Assembly: GCF_035709525.1 (NCBI RefSeq) | Contig: NZ_DASTEP010000124.1 | Span: 12,851 to 76,850 of the forward strand | Direction of reading: 5' to 3' | DNA length: 64,000 nt | Source: Hymenobacter sp. | GTDB taxonomy: Bacteria; Bacteroidota; Bacteroidia; Cytophagales; Hymenobacteraceae | Part shown: positions 1 to 8,246 of the stretch, in pieces | How the letters are laid out: every line of letters begins with the position of its first letter | How positions within the stretch are numbered: the first letter of the stretch is position 1 | Position numbers and translations under genes: made by a program | Notes under the pieces: model-generated | Told to the model about the DNA's origin: nothing | Databases searched by the model: none | The model's input: only the letters and a program-made list of their open reading frames with translations

Positions 1-863
1 CGCCAGCGCACGCCGTGATAGGCGCGGAACACGGCCGATTTCTCGGCCAGCGCCGCCTCATCGAAGCGCACCACCGAAAAGGCGTGCTGCGCGAAGTAGT
101 CTTTGGGGAAAGCGTAGGGCAGGCCCCAGCGCTCGGGCTTGCGGTTGGCGGGCAAAAAGGCCGTGCCAAACATCCAATCCCAGAAAGCGAATTTGGTCGA
201 GAAGTTGGCGTAGTACACCTCTTCGTGGTCGGCGTGGTGCCAGAGGTGCATTTCGGGGCCGTTGATAACGTATTGCAGCTTACCCGATTTCACATCGATG
301 TTGGCGTGAATGTACATGCCCCACACGGCATCAATCAGCGCCTTGATGGGCACTACTATCGGGTTGGCCCCCAGCAGAATAATGGGCGCAAACTCGATGG
401 TTTGGTTGATGATAATCTCGACGATGTGCGAGCGCGAGCCAGCCAGCCAGTCCACGTGCTTGCCCGAGTGGTGCGCCTCGTGGGTGCGCCAGAAGAAGGC
501 GCTGCTGTGCTGAAAGCGGTGAAACCAGTAGATATAAAAATCGTGCGTTATCACGAAAAACGCTACCTGCGCCGCCACCGGCCAGCTACTCACCACGTGA
601 AAGCGCGCCCCAAAGTGCGCGGCCAGCGGCGCGATGATGAACCCGAAAATCAGGATTTGCAGGAAATAGCTCTGCACCAGCGTGTACCAAAAGAGGTCTA
701 CGAACAGCCCTTCGCGGAAAAACGGCAGCCCCTTGCGGTACGGAAACTTGCGCTCCAGCACCAGCAACACCGCCACCGCCAGCAGCAGGATGGGCGTGGT
801 TATCATCGTGGTACGGCCCACCGCGTCGAGGCTATGGTAAAACGTGCTTATCGTATCGAGCAT
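1..863 (-). CDS. Sterol desaturase / fatty acid hydroxylase family membrane protein (3' end runs off the window)
   Basis: Manual translation from ATG at 863 (MLDTISTFYHSLDAVGRTTMITTPILL...), absent from the ORF track because no stop lies in the window. Contains the His boxes YWFHRFQH, HEAHH and HLWHH of the di-iron membrane hydroxylase family, plus hydrophobic segments. Confidence 0.85.
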   Translation of the reverse strand, partial: MLDTISTFYHSLDAVGRTTMITTPILLLAVAVLLVLERKFPYRKGLPFFREGLFVDLFWYTLVQSYFLQILIFGFIIAPLAAHFGARFHVVSSWPVAAQVAFFVITHDFYIYWFHRFQHSSAFFWRTHEAHHSGKHVDWLAGSRSHIVEIIINQTIEFAPIILLGANPIVVPIKALIDAVWGMYIHANIDVKSGKLQYVINGPEMHLWHHADHEEVYYANFSTKFAFWDWMFGTAFLPANRKPERWGLPYAFPKDYFAQHAFSVVRFDEAALAEKSAVFRAYHGVRW

Positions 864-963
864 AGGGTATTCGATAATGTAGTAGCTGTGCCCCTAACTG
901 CTGGCGCGGGGCGAATGTTCGCCTGGGCGCAAAAGGAACAGGATTATTACTGGTTAAAAATAC

Positions 964-1068
964 GAATGTCATGCTGAGCGCAGCGAAGCATCTCGCGTGG
1001 CACAGTAAATCCTAACGTTAGGGTTACTGCGCCACGCGAGATGCTTCGCTGCGCTCAGCATGACATTC
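964..1068. repeat. Long palindrome, REP-like family A (GTCATGCTGAGCGCAGCGAAGCATCTC ... GAGATGCTTCGCTGCGCTCAGCATGAC)
   Basis: Near-perfect inverted repeat read directly; the loop is itself palindromic (CCTAACGTTAGG). Confidence 0.9.
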
Positions 1069-1090
1069 GCGGACTGAAAGTCCGCGCTAC
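1068..1090. repeat. Single hairpin unit of REP-like family B (GCGGACTGAAAGTCCGCGCTAC)
   Basis: Identical to the right half of the element at 41800-41862; abuts the NeuB stop codon. Confidence 0.75.
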
Positions 1091-1974
1091 TAGGCGGCCG
1101 TTACCTCGCGGCGCAGGCGACGCAGGGGCTCTTTCTCACTCTCGTACACCACTTTCACGCCGTCGCCGAGGCCGGCTTCGGTGTCGCGGATGTCGCGCAC
1201 AAGCTTGGCCATGCCACCGGGCTCTACGCTGGCGGCGTGGTCCGAGCCCCACATGGCGCGGTCGAGGGTGAAGTGGCGCTCTACGAACGTGGCGCCCAGG
1301 GCTACCGCCGTAACGGTGGTGCTGAGGCCGGTTTCGTGGCCCGAGTAGCCGATGGGCGTGCCGGGGAACTGTTGTTCCAGTGTTGAAATCATACGCAGGT
1401 TCAGCTCCTGGGGCGGGCAGGGGTAGGCCGACGTGCTGTGCGCAATCATCAGGTTATCAAGGCCTACGTAGGCTACGGCGTCCGTGATTTCCTGCTGGGT
1501 GCTCATGCCGGTGCTCAGCATGAGGGGGCGGCCGGTAGCGCGCACGCGGTCGAGCAGGGGCTTGTCGGTGAGCGAAGCGGAGGCCATTTTGTAGAGCACG
1601 GGCTGGAATTGCTCCATGAAATCGACCGAGGGCTCATCCCAGCACGAGGCAAACCAGTCGATGCCGCGGGCTTTGCAGTAGTCGTCGATGGCGGTGTACT
1701 CTTCGAGGCCAAACTCGGTTTTGCGCTTGTAGTCGATGTAGCTCATGCGGCCCCAGGGGGTGTCGCGCATTTTTTCCCACTGGTCTTTGGGCACGCACAG
1801 CTCGGGGGTGCGCTTCTGAAATTTTACCGCATCGCAGCCAGCGGTCACGGCCGCGTCGATGAGTTGCTTGGCAATGTCGAGCGAGCCGTTGTGGTTGATG
1901 CCGATTTCGGCAATGATGTAACACGGCTGGCCGGGGCCAATGGCGCGGTTTTTCTTGATTTGAACGACTGACAT
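1090..1974 (-). CDS. neuB: N-acetylneuraminate-synthase-family (NeuB) PEP-dependent ulosonate synthase, short form lacking the C-terminal antifreeze-like domain
   Basis: Motifs IAEIGINHNG, DAVKFQ, YKMAS, LSTGMS, HSTSAYP, GYSGHE, ERHFTLDR. At 294 aa it ends right after the TIM barrel. Confidence 0.92.
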   Translation of the reverse strand: MSVVQIKKNRAIGPGQPCYIIAEIGINHNGSLDIAKQLIDAAVTAGCDAVKFQKRTPELCVPKDQWEKMRDTPWGRMSYIDYKRKTEFGLEEYTAIDDYCKARGIDWFASCWDEPSVDFMEQFQPVLYKMASASLTDKPLLDRVRATGRPLMLSTGMSTQQEITDAVAYVGLDNLMIAHSTSAYPCPPQELNLRMISTLEQQFPGTPIGYSGHETGLSTTVTAVALGATFVERHFTLDRAMWGSDHAASVEPGGMAKLVRDIRDTEAGLGDGVKVVYESEKEPLRRLRREVTAA

Positions 1975-1979
1975 AAGTT

Positions 1980-2180
1980 GTAAGCTATTAGCTTTCAGCT
2001 GTTGGCTGCTAGCTATGTCCTATTCCGTAGGGGAATCGAACGGGTGAGAAAAGAAGCGAAAGTTAGCGCAATGACGCGCGCGGGGAAGTTTTATTTTAAT
2101 CTGTCAGCCAGTTTTATGCATCCGCACTTGCATTGCCAAGGGCAAGCTAACAGCCAGCAGATAGAAGCGAGTAGCTAACG
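1980..2180. repeat. Intergenic element with imperfect terminal inverted repeats (GCTGTTGGCTGCTAGCT ... AGCTAACAGCCAGCAG)
   Basis: Imperfect inverted ends flank a more AT-rich core between kdsC-like and neuB; boundaries approximate. Confidence 0.45.
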
Positions 2181-2183
2181 CTG

Positions 2184-2711
2184 CTACTCCGAGCCGCGAT
2201 TGGGTACCGGCGCGCCGCCCTTGTGGCTGATAATGAGCTCGGCTAATTCGCGAAACGCGCCCTGCCCGCCGAAGGCCTGGCACTGGTAATCGGCCGCCTC
2301 GCGGGCAAAAACCGTGGCATCGCCGGGGCAGGCCGCCAACCCCACGAGGCCCAGAATAGCCACGTCGTTGGTATCGTCGCCGATGAAGGCTACTTCCTCG
2401 GCCGTGAGGCTCAGGCGGGTCAGAATCTCGGCCAGCAGCGGCGCTTTGTCCTTGATACCCAGGTGCAACTCATTGATTTTTAGCTTTTCGGCGCGCTTCA
2501 CCACCGAGGGCGAGCGCTCGCCGGTCACGATGCCCGTGTCCACGCCCACGGCGCGCAGGCGCTCCACGCCCATGCCATCGCGGATGTTGAAGCGCTTGAG
2601 CACCTCGCCGCTTTCGCCGTAGTACACGCCGCCATCGGTGAGGACGCCGTCGCAGTCGGTGAGCAAGAGTTTGATGCGGCGGGCTTTAGCAGCTAAGTCA
2701 GCGTGCTTCAT
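2184..2711 (-). CDS. KdsC/YrbI-type HAD phosphatase (Kdo-8-P / Kdn-9-P phosphatase family)
   Basis: LLLTDCDGVLTDG, FNIRDGMG, IVTGERS, FIGDDTND and GGQGAFRE motifs. Confidence 0.9.
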   Translation of the reverse strand: MKHADLAAKARRIKLLLTDCDGVLTDGGVYYGESGEVLKRFNIRDGMGVERLRAVGVDTGIVTGERSPSVVKRAEKLKINELHLGIKDKAPLLAEILTRLSLTAEEVAFIGDDTNDVAILGLVGLAACPGDATVFAREAADYQCQAFGGQGAFRELAELIISHKGGAPVPNRGSE

Positions 2712-2765
2712 AAAAGATTGGTGCGGGAAATAAAATCTAAATTACTACCCGGCGGCGGTAGCGCC

Positions 2766-2837
2766 GTTGCGCGGACTTTGTAGTCCGCGTGCGTACGCAA
2801 GCAGCCAACCGTACGCGGACTACAAAGTCCGCGCAAC
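2766..2837. repeat. REP-like family B: two inverted hairpin units (GCGGACTTTGTAGTCCGC ... GCGGACTACAAAGTCCGC)
   Basis: Nested palindrome read directly; ends at the SDR stop codon. Confidence 0.85.
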
Positions 2838-3643
2838 TAAATCGCCGTCCAGCCGCCATCCACCACGAGGTTGGCCCCCGTCATGTAAGCCGAAGCATCC
2901 GAGGCCAGAAACACCACGGCGCCTTGGTAATCGGTAGGCGCGGCCATGCGCCCCAGGGGCGTTTTGGCGCTGTACTGCTTCACAAAAAAGGCATCCTGGC
3001 TGTTCTCCACGCCGCCCGGCGAGAGCGTGTTTACGCGCACGCCCTTGGCGCCCCAGTAAGCCGCTAGGTAGCGCGTGAAATTGACTACCGCGCCCTTGGT
3101 AGTGGGATAAGACGGTGATTTATAGAACGTCTGCTCACCGGCCTCGTTGCGGTAGATGCTCTGGTCGGGCCCAACGATGCCGTAGGTACTCGCCACGTTG
3201 ATGATGGAACCACGGCCTTGCTCGGCCATCGGCGTGCCGAATACCTGCGCGGCCAGAAACAGCCCCGTCACGTTCACCTCCAGCACCTGCCGGAAGGTCG
3301 CCACCGGGAAGTTCTCAAACTTGCTGAGGTCGGCCGCCAGGGCCGGGTTCTCGAACATGTCGTTGATAGCCGCATTGTTAACCAGCACGTCGATGTGCCC
3401 GAAATTCTTGATAATTTCATCACGGGCGGCGGCCAGCGACTCGGGCGAGGTTACGTCCACGGCCAGCGGCAGGTGAATGGCGCCCGGCAGCGCGGCGGCC
3501 ACTTCGCGAGCCTTGTTGAGGTGCAGGTCGGCTACTACCACGTGGGCACCGGCCAGGGCCAGCGCCTCGCAGTGCTTTTGGCCGATGAGGCCGCACGCGC
3601 CGGTTACGATGGCGGTTTTGTTGGTTAGGTCGAAGAAATTCAT
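2837..3643 (-). CDS. SDR family oxidoreductase (resembles the SDRs found in nonulosonate clusters)
   Basis: TGACGLIG Rossmann motif, NNAA, YPTTK catalytic YxxxK, RVNTLSPGG and C-terminal VDGGWTA. Confidence 0.92.
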   Translation of the reverse strand: MNFFDLTNKTAIVTGACGLIGQKHCEALALAGAHVVVADLHLNKAREVAAALPGAIHLPLAVDVTSPESLAAARDEIIKNFGHIDVLVNNAAINDMFENPALAADLSKFENFPVATFRQVLEVNVTGLFLAAQVFGTPMAEQGRGSIINVASTYGIVGPDQSIYRNEAGEQTFYKSPSYPTTKGAVVNFTRYLAAYWGAKGVRVNTLSPGGVENSQDAFFVKQYSAKTPLGRMAAPTDYQGAVVFLASDASAYMTGANLVVDGGWTAI

Positions 3644-3654
3644 GTAGGATTTTA

Positions 3655-3840
3655 CCTAACGCAGCGCCTCACCCCTAGCCCCTCTCCGAAAAGGAGAGGG
3701 GGACTAGCCTCTAGTTCTTAGCTCTAGAAGCTACTGTGGGCCAGCTACCTGCGTAAGCAATAAATTAACTAGAGCTAAAACTAAAAGCTAGTTCCCCTCT
3801 CCTTTTCGGAGAGGGGCTAGGGGTGAGACGCTGCGTTAGG
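3655..3840. repeat. Long palindrome, family C (CCTAACGCAGCG..CACCCCTAGCCCCTCTCCGAAAAGGAGAGGGG ... CCCCTCTCCTTTTCGGAGAGGGGCTAGGGGTGAG..CGCTGCGTTAGG)
   Basis: Inverted arms of about 50 nt, each containing an internal hairpin. Confidence 0.85.
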
Positions 3841-3850
3841 CGAGCTAAGC

Positions 3851-5152
3851 CTACTTCGCCTTCACCGGCGCGGCGTTCGTCACCTTGCGGAATACGGCTT
3901 CCACCGGCTCGCCTTCCAGGCGGCTAGCCACGTCGCCCTTCTCGATAGCGTCTTTGAGCAGCGGCAGCACGGCGCGGTAGGCGTCCAACGTTTTAGCCAC
4001 GTCCTCGTCGGTGTGCGAGAAGCTCATGTTGTGGAAACCGCCCCACAGGATGCCCTGCTTGAACAGCTCCTGCTGCACGAAAGCCTTTACTTCCAGCGGG
4101 TTGCCAGCGCTGGCGTCGAAGGTCACGATGCTGCGGCAGTCGTAGCCGTAGCACTTGGTGTAGCTGCTGAGGCCGAGCTCGGCAGCGATTTGGTTGTAGC
4201 CTTCCTTCAGCTTGTTGCCCTGGCTGGCCAAAAACGCGGGCACGTTTTTCTCGCGCATCTCGCTGATGGTGGCGATGGTAGCCGCCAGGCTGAGCGCTTC
4301 ACCGCCGAAGGTGGTGAAGAAGAATACGTCCTGCTCAAACAGTTGCAGCACGTCCTTGCGGCCGGTGAGTAGGGCGATAGGCATCCCGTTGGCGCAAGCT
4401 TTCGAGTACACCGCGAGGTCGGGCGTGATGCCGAAATACTCCTGCGCGCCGCCAATAGCGATGCGGAAGCCCGTCCACATCTCGTCGAAAATCAGCAGCG
4501 TGCCGTTCTCTTTGCAGAGGCGGGCTACCTCGTGCAGGAAGTTGTCCTTGGGCGCGTCGAAAATGAATGGTTCCAGGATAACGCAGGCCACGTCGGGCGT
4601 CAGCACAGCCTTGAACGAGTCGAGGTTGTTGTACTCGAAGGCCGCTACCAAGTCCTTGCTTTCCTGCGGGATACCCTTGTCGCGGCTCGTGGTGCCGATG
4701 TACCAATCGTGCCATCCGTGGTAGCCGCAGCACAGCACGTCCTTGCGGCCGGTGAAGGCGCGGCTCACGCGCACGGCCGCCGAGCACACGTCAGCCCCGG
4801 TTTTGGAGATGCGGATGCTCTCGGCGTTGGGGATAATCTCGTGAATCAGCTCGGCTACCTCTACTTCCAGCTCGTGCATCATCGAAAACGTGATGCCGTC
4901 TTCGAGCTGCGCCTTGATGGCTTCATCCACGCGGGGGTAGGCGTAGCCCAGGCTCAGCGGGCCGATACCCATCTGGTAGTCAATGTACTCGTTGCCATCG
5001 ACGTCCCACACGTGGGCACCTTTGCCGCGCTTCACGTACTTGGGGCTCGCACCTTTGGTGTACTGGCCCGGCCCCTTGGCGAGGGTTTGGGTCACGGGCG
5101 TCATGATTTTCTGCGCCCGGGCGTAGAGGTCGTCGGATTTGGGGAAATTCAT
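3851..5152 (-). CDS. Class III PLP-dependent aminotransferase (glutamate-1-semialdehyde aminomutase-like)
   Basis: WDVDGNEYIDY, GYHGWHDWY, FDEMWTGFR and YSKACANG (PLP lysine). Start set at ATG 5152; the longer ORF-track start lies inside a repeat. Confidence 0.9.
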   Translation of the reverse strand: MNFPKSDDLYARAQKIMTPVTQTLAKGPGQYTKGASPKYVKRGKGAHVWDVDGNEYIDYQMGIGPLSLGYAYPRVDEAIKAQLEDGITFSMMHELEVEVAELIHEIIPNAESIRISKTGADVCSAAVRVSRAFTGRKDVLCCGYHGWHDWYIGTTSRDKGIPQESKDLVAAFEYNNLDSFKAVLTPDVACVILEPFIFDAPKDNFLHEVARLCKENGTLLIFDEMWTGFRIAIGGAQEYFGITPDLAVYSKACANGMPIALLTGRKDVLQLFEQDVFFFTTFGGEALSLAATIATISEMREKNVPAFLASQGNKLKEGYNQIAAELGLSSYTKCYGYDCRSIVTFDASAGNPLEVKAFVQQELFKQGILWGGFHNMSFSHTDEDVAKTLDAYRAVLPLLKDAIEKGDVASRLEGEPVEAVFRKVTNAAPVKAK

Positions 5153-5193
5153 AAGGATTAGCTGGTTAGCCAGAATGTCAGAAATAAAAACGC

Positions 5194-5289
5194 CTGTCAT
5201 GCTGAGCTTGCGAAGCATCTCATCACGATAGAATCGTCGGGTTCAACAATCCGGACGTGATAGGATGCCTCGCAAGCTCAGTATGACAG
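5194..5289. repeat. REP-like family A palindrome
   Basis: CTGTCATGCTGAGCTTGCGAAGCATC ... GATGCCTCGCAAGCTCAGTATGACAG. Confidence 0.85.
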
Positions 5290-5302
5290 ACGGGGAGCCA
5301 TA

Positions 5303-6256
5303 TTACTCGGCAAACTCGTTTTCAACCACTTCCGTTTTCTCGTTGAAAACGTGCTGCTTATCACCCAGCTTCTCGCCGATGCGGCGGGCAATGTGCTGGC
5401 CGGTGAAACCTTCGTACTCCAGCACCTCGCTAAGGCGGCCGGGCTTGTACCACTTTTCCTTGAGGGCCAGCGGCAGCACCTTGGCGGTCAGCTCATTCTC
5501 CAGCAGCAGCTCGGCCACGATGGAGTAGAGGCCGCCGGTCTGGAAGTGGTCTTCCAGCGTCACCACGAGGCCGCCGGTTTTCACCACGTTCAGCACGGCT
5601 GCCGAGTCGAGGGGCTTGAGGCTGCGCAGGTTCACGAGGCCTACCGAGTAGCCGGCTTCGGTCAGCAAGTCCTTAGCTACCAGGGCTTGCCCGAACAGCA
5701 TGCCGTAGGTGAGGATGGTGACGTCGTGGCCTTCGCTCACGATTTCAGCCTTGCCGATTTCAAACGGCGCGTGCTGGTAGGTGGCGGGGCGGGTGTTGAC
5801 GCGCACGTAGGCCGGGCTGGGCGAGGCCCAGATGGCGGGCAGCATGGCCAACATGTCCTGCTCATCGGCGGCGGCGAAAACCGTCATGCCGGGGATGCCG
5901 CGCATCAGCGAGATATCCTCAATGGCCTGGTGGGTCGGCCCGTTGCCATCCGACAGAAAGCCGGGCACGAACGAGCTGATTTTCACCGGCAAGTTGGCAA
6001 TGCCCACGTCGGTGCGGATAAACTCGAACGCCCGCAGCGTGAGGAAGGTAGCCAGCGCGTGCACCACCGGCACGCGCCCGCGCAGGGCCAGGCCGGCCGC
6101 CGCGCCAATCATGGTTTGCTCGGTGATGCCGGTGTCGATGAAGCGCAGCCCGAGCGGCCCCGGCAGGTTGCGGATGAGGGCGCGGTTTTCGGCCGTCATC
6201 ACGATGAGGCGCTCGTCGGCGAGGGCCGTTTCGTGGATTAATTGCTCGTAATTCAT
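5303..6256 (-). CDS. Transketolase, C-terminal (pyrimidine-binding + C-terminal) subunit
   Basis: RFIDTGITEQTMIGAAAGLA, DGNGPTHQAIEDI and LRSLKPLD. Start MNYEQ at 6256. Confidence 0.9.
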   Translation of the reverse strand: MNYEQLIHETALADERLIVMTAENRALIRNLPGPLGLRFIDTGITEQTMIGAAAGLALRGRVPVVHALATFLTLRAFEFIRTDVGIANLPVKISSFVPGFLSDGNGPTHQAIEDISLMRGIPGMTVFAAADEQDMLAMLPAIWASPSPAYVRVNTRPATYQHAPFEIGKAEIVSEGHDVTILTYGMLFGQALVAKDLLTEAGYSVGLVNLRSLKPLDSAAVLNVVKTGGLVVTLEDHFQTGGLYSIVAELLLENELTAKVLPLALKEKWYKPGRLSEVLEYEGFTGQHIARRIGEKLGDKQHVFNEKTEVVENEFAE

Positions 6257-6268
6257 ATCGGTTAAAAT

Positions 6269-6381
6269 TGTCATGCTGAGCGCAGCGCAGCGGAGTCGGA
6301 GCATCTCTGCCGGTGAACTAACTCCTAACGCTAGCAGCGAAGCGGTAGAGATGCTTCGGCTTCGCTGCGCTCAGCATGACA
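6269..6381. repeat. REP-like family A palindrome
   Basis: TGTCATGCTGAGCGCAGC ... GCTGCGCTCAGCATGACA; its loop shares CTCCTAACGCTAGCA with the copy at 7253. Confidence 0.88.
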
Positions 6382-6386
6382 GTTAG

Positions 6387-7244
6387 TTATCTAACAGTGA
6401 GGGTTTCGCTGGTGAGCGTGGTAGCTTCCTGGCTGTGCAGCTCTTTGAGCAGCTCCGTCACCTCGTCGCTGCTGAAGTTGCAGAACCAGCGGTCGGCGCG
6501 GCGCTCGATGCTGGGCAGGCCCTTGCCGCGCACCGTGTCGCAGATGATAACCGAGGGCTTTTCCTGGCTGAACGGCAGGGCTGAAAACGCCTCTTCCAGC
6601 GCCACGAAATCGTGGCCGTCGATGCGGCGCACGGCGGCACCGAAAGCCTCAAACTTGGGCGCCAGCGGCTCCAGCGGAATCAGCTCCTCGGTGGCGATGT
6701 TGGCCTGGAAGTGGTTGCGGTCGACCACGAAGGTCAGGTTGTTGAGCTTGTGGGCGCTGGCTACCAGCACGGCTTCCCAGCAGGTACCCTCGTTGAGCTC
6801 ACCGTCGCCGGTTATCACGATGACTTTCTGATTTTGGCCGCGCAGGCGGGCGTCGAGAGCTACGCCCATGGCTACGCTCGGCAGGTGGCCCAGCGAGCCC
6901 GAGTGAAACTCCACGCCCGGCACGTTGCGGTTGGGGTGCCAGTAGATGCTGTCGCTGGTTTTCAAGTGATTATCCAGCCGCTCCTTGGGCATGAAGCCCA
7001 GCTCGGCAAACACCCCGTAGAGCGCCGGCACGTCGTGGCCCTTGCTCAGGAATAGGTAGTCGCGCTCCGAGTCGGTGAGGTTGCCGGGGTGCACGTTGAG
7101 AAAATCGGCGTAGAGGTACACCAGCAGGTCGGCGCAACTCAGCGAGGCGCCCGTGAAGCAGCCGCCATCGGTGCTGAGGCGCACGATGTGCTCGCGCACG
7201 CGCAGGGCGAGTTCTTTTAGCTCGTTTTGTTTTTCGGAGGTCAT
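6387..7244 (-). CDS. Transketolase, N-terminal (ThDP-binding) subunit
   Basis: LSKGH, HSGSLGH and the GDGELNEG...N ThDP-binding motif. Confidence 0.9.
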   Translation of the reverse strand: MTSEKQNELKELALRVREHIVRLSTDGGCFTGASLSCADLLVYLYADFLNVHPGNLTDSERDYLFLSKGHDVPALYGVFAELGFMPKERLDNHLKTSDSIYWHPNRNVPGVEFHSGSLGHLPSVAMGVALDARLRGQNQKVIVITGDGELNEGTCWEAVLVASAHKLNNLTFVVDRNHFQANIATEELIPLEPLAPKFEAFGAAVRRIDGHDFVALEEAFSALPFSQEKPSVIICDTVRGKGLPSIERRADRWFCNFSSDEVTELLKELHSQEATTLTSETLTVR

Positions 7245-7252
7245 AAGGGCGG

Positions 7253-7370
7253 TGTCATGCTGAGCGCAGCGCAGCGGAGTCGAAGCATCTCTACTTCAAT
7301 ACTAGCTCCTAACGCTAGCAATGAAGCGATAGAGATGCTTCGGCTTCGCTGCGCTCCGCTCAGCATGACA
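7253..7370. repeat. REP-like family A palindrome
   Basis: Near-duplicate of 6269-6381, including the arm variant GCAGCGCAGCGGAGTCG. Confidence 0.88.
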
Positions 7371-7380
7371 GTTACTTGTT

Positions 7381-8175
7381 TTACAATTGCTTGGTATTGC
7401 CCGCGTCCACCGTTTTGAGTTCGTCCAAGTGGTTGCGGTACCAGTTCACGCCGGCCAGGTCGGCATTCAAGGCGTAAATGTCCGGCCTTTGTTTTAATAA
7501 AGTCAGGATATCGTCCAAACCAAACTCGGGATTAACCGGATAAAGCGCTTCGTACACGGCCTTTATGAAGTCATAATCGGCCGGGTAATCGATGGTGAGG
7601 CGGTGCGACATCGAGTAGTCCAGCCCCGTTTCCCAGGTGATATTAGCCAATCGGAAGCGCTCGGGGTTTTCCCAGAAAAAAGGGGTAGTGTGCTCGCGCT
7701 CCAAGGGGCGGCGGGCCTCGCGCCAGGCCGTTTCGAGCGCCGCGAAGGTCATTACCTCCACGTCGTTGCCATCGGGGTAGGTAGCGGGGTGCAGGTTGCT
7801 GACAAAGTCGTACTGGCCCTGCGTTTCCTCATAATAACCCAGCACCTTATCGATAATGGCCGGGTCGATGAGCGGGCAATCACTCGGGATTTTCACTACT
7901 GCCTCCGTTTCGCCAAAGTGCCGCGCCGCCTGGTAGTGGCGGTCGAGCAAGTCGAGCGCCGAGCCCCGAAATACTTCAATACCGTGCTGCGCGCACAGCG
8001 CGGCCAGCGGGTCGTCGCTTTGCTCATCGGTGGTGATGACGGCCACGCGGCCCGCCCGGGTGGCCAGTTGCACCCGCTCTACCTGGCGCACCAATAGCGG
8101 CTTGCCGCAGAGGTCGAGACTTACTTTATCGGGAAAGCGCGAGGAGCCGCGCCGGGCCTGAATTAGCGTGAGCAT
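7381..8175 (-). CDS. SpsF-type cytidylyltransferase (CMP-ulosonate synthetase-like)
   Basis: IQARRGSSRFPDKV, VFRGS..DLLDR, SDCPLIDP, YPDGNDVE, REHTTPF and RLTIDYPADY. Confidence 0.88.
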   Translation of the reverse strand: MLTLIQARRGSSRFPDKVSLDLCGKPLLVRQVERVQLATRAGRVAVITTDEQSDDPLAALCAQHGIEVFRGSALDLLDRHYQAARHFGETEAVVKIPSDCPLIDPAIIDKVLGYYEETQGQYDFVSNLHPATYPDGNDVEVMTFAALETAWREARRPLEREHTTPFFWENPERFRLANITWETGLDYSMSHRLTIDYPADYDFIKAVYEALYPVNPEFGLDDILTLLKQRPDIYALNADLAGVNWYRNHLDELKTVDAGNTKQL

Positions 8176-8246
8176 AAGCTAGAGTACAAAACGTAACGCT
8201 GGCGGCACAAAATGTAATATGAACGGCCCTAGAGTTCCCGGCGTGG

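Noticed and set aside
15-977. 320-aa plus-strand ORF in the track
   Set aside because: It is the antisense shadow of the minus-strand sterol-desaturase-family gene, which has clear His-box motifs. The same applies to the many long antisense ORFs over other genes (e.g. 5351-6241, 8250-9296, 15961-16929, 53328-55127), typical of GC-rich DNA.
5153-5218. N-terminal extensions of the aminotransferase (to 5218), transketolase-C (to 6304) and kbl (to 40634) in the ORF track
   Set aside because: These starts fall inside family A palindromes, which read MLR...LSMT or similar. The downstream ATGs give normal N-termini.
964-7370. Possible CRISPR array (recurring repeats at intervals)
   Set aside because: The repeats are long palindromes separated by whole genes, not short direct repeats with 30-40 nt spacers, and no cas genes are present.
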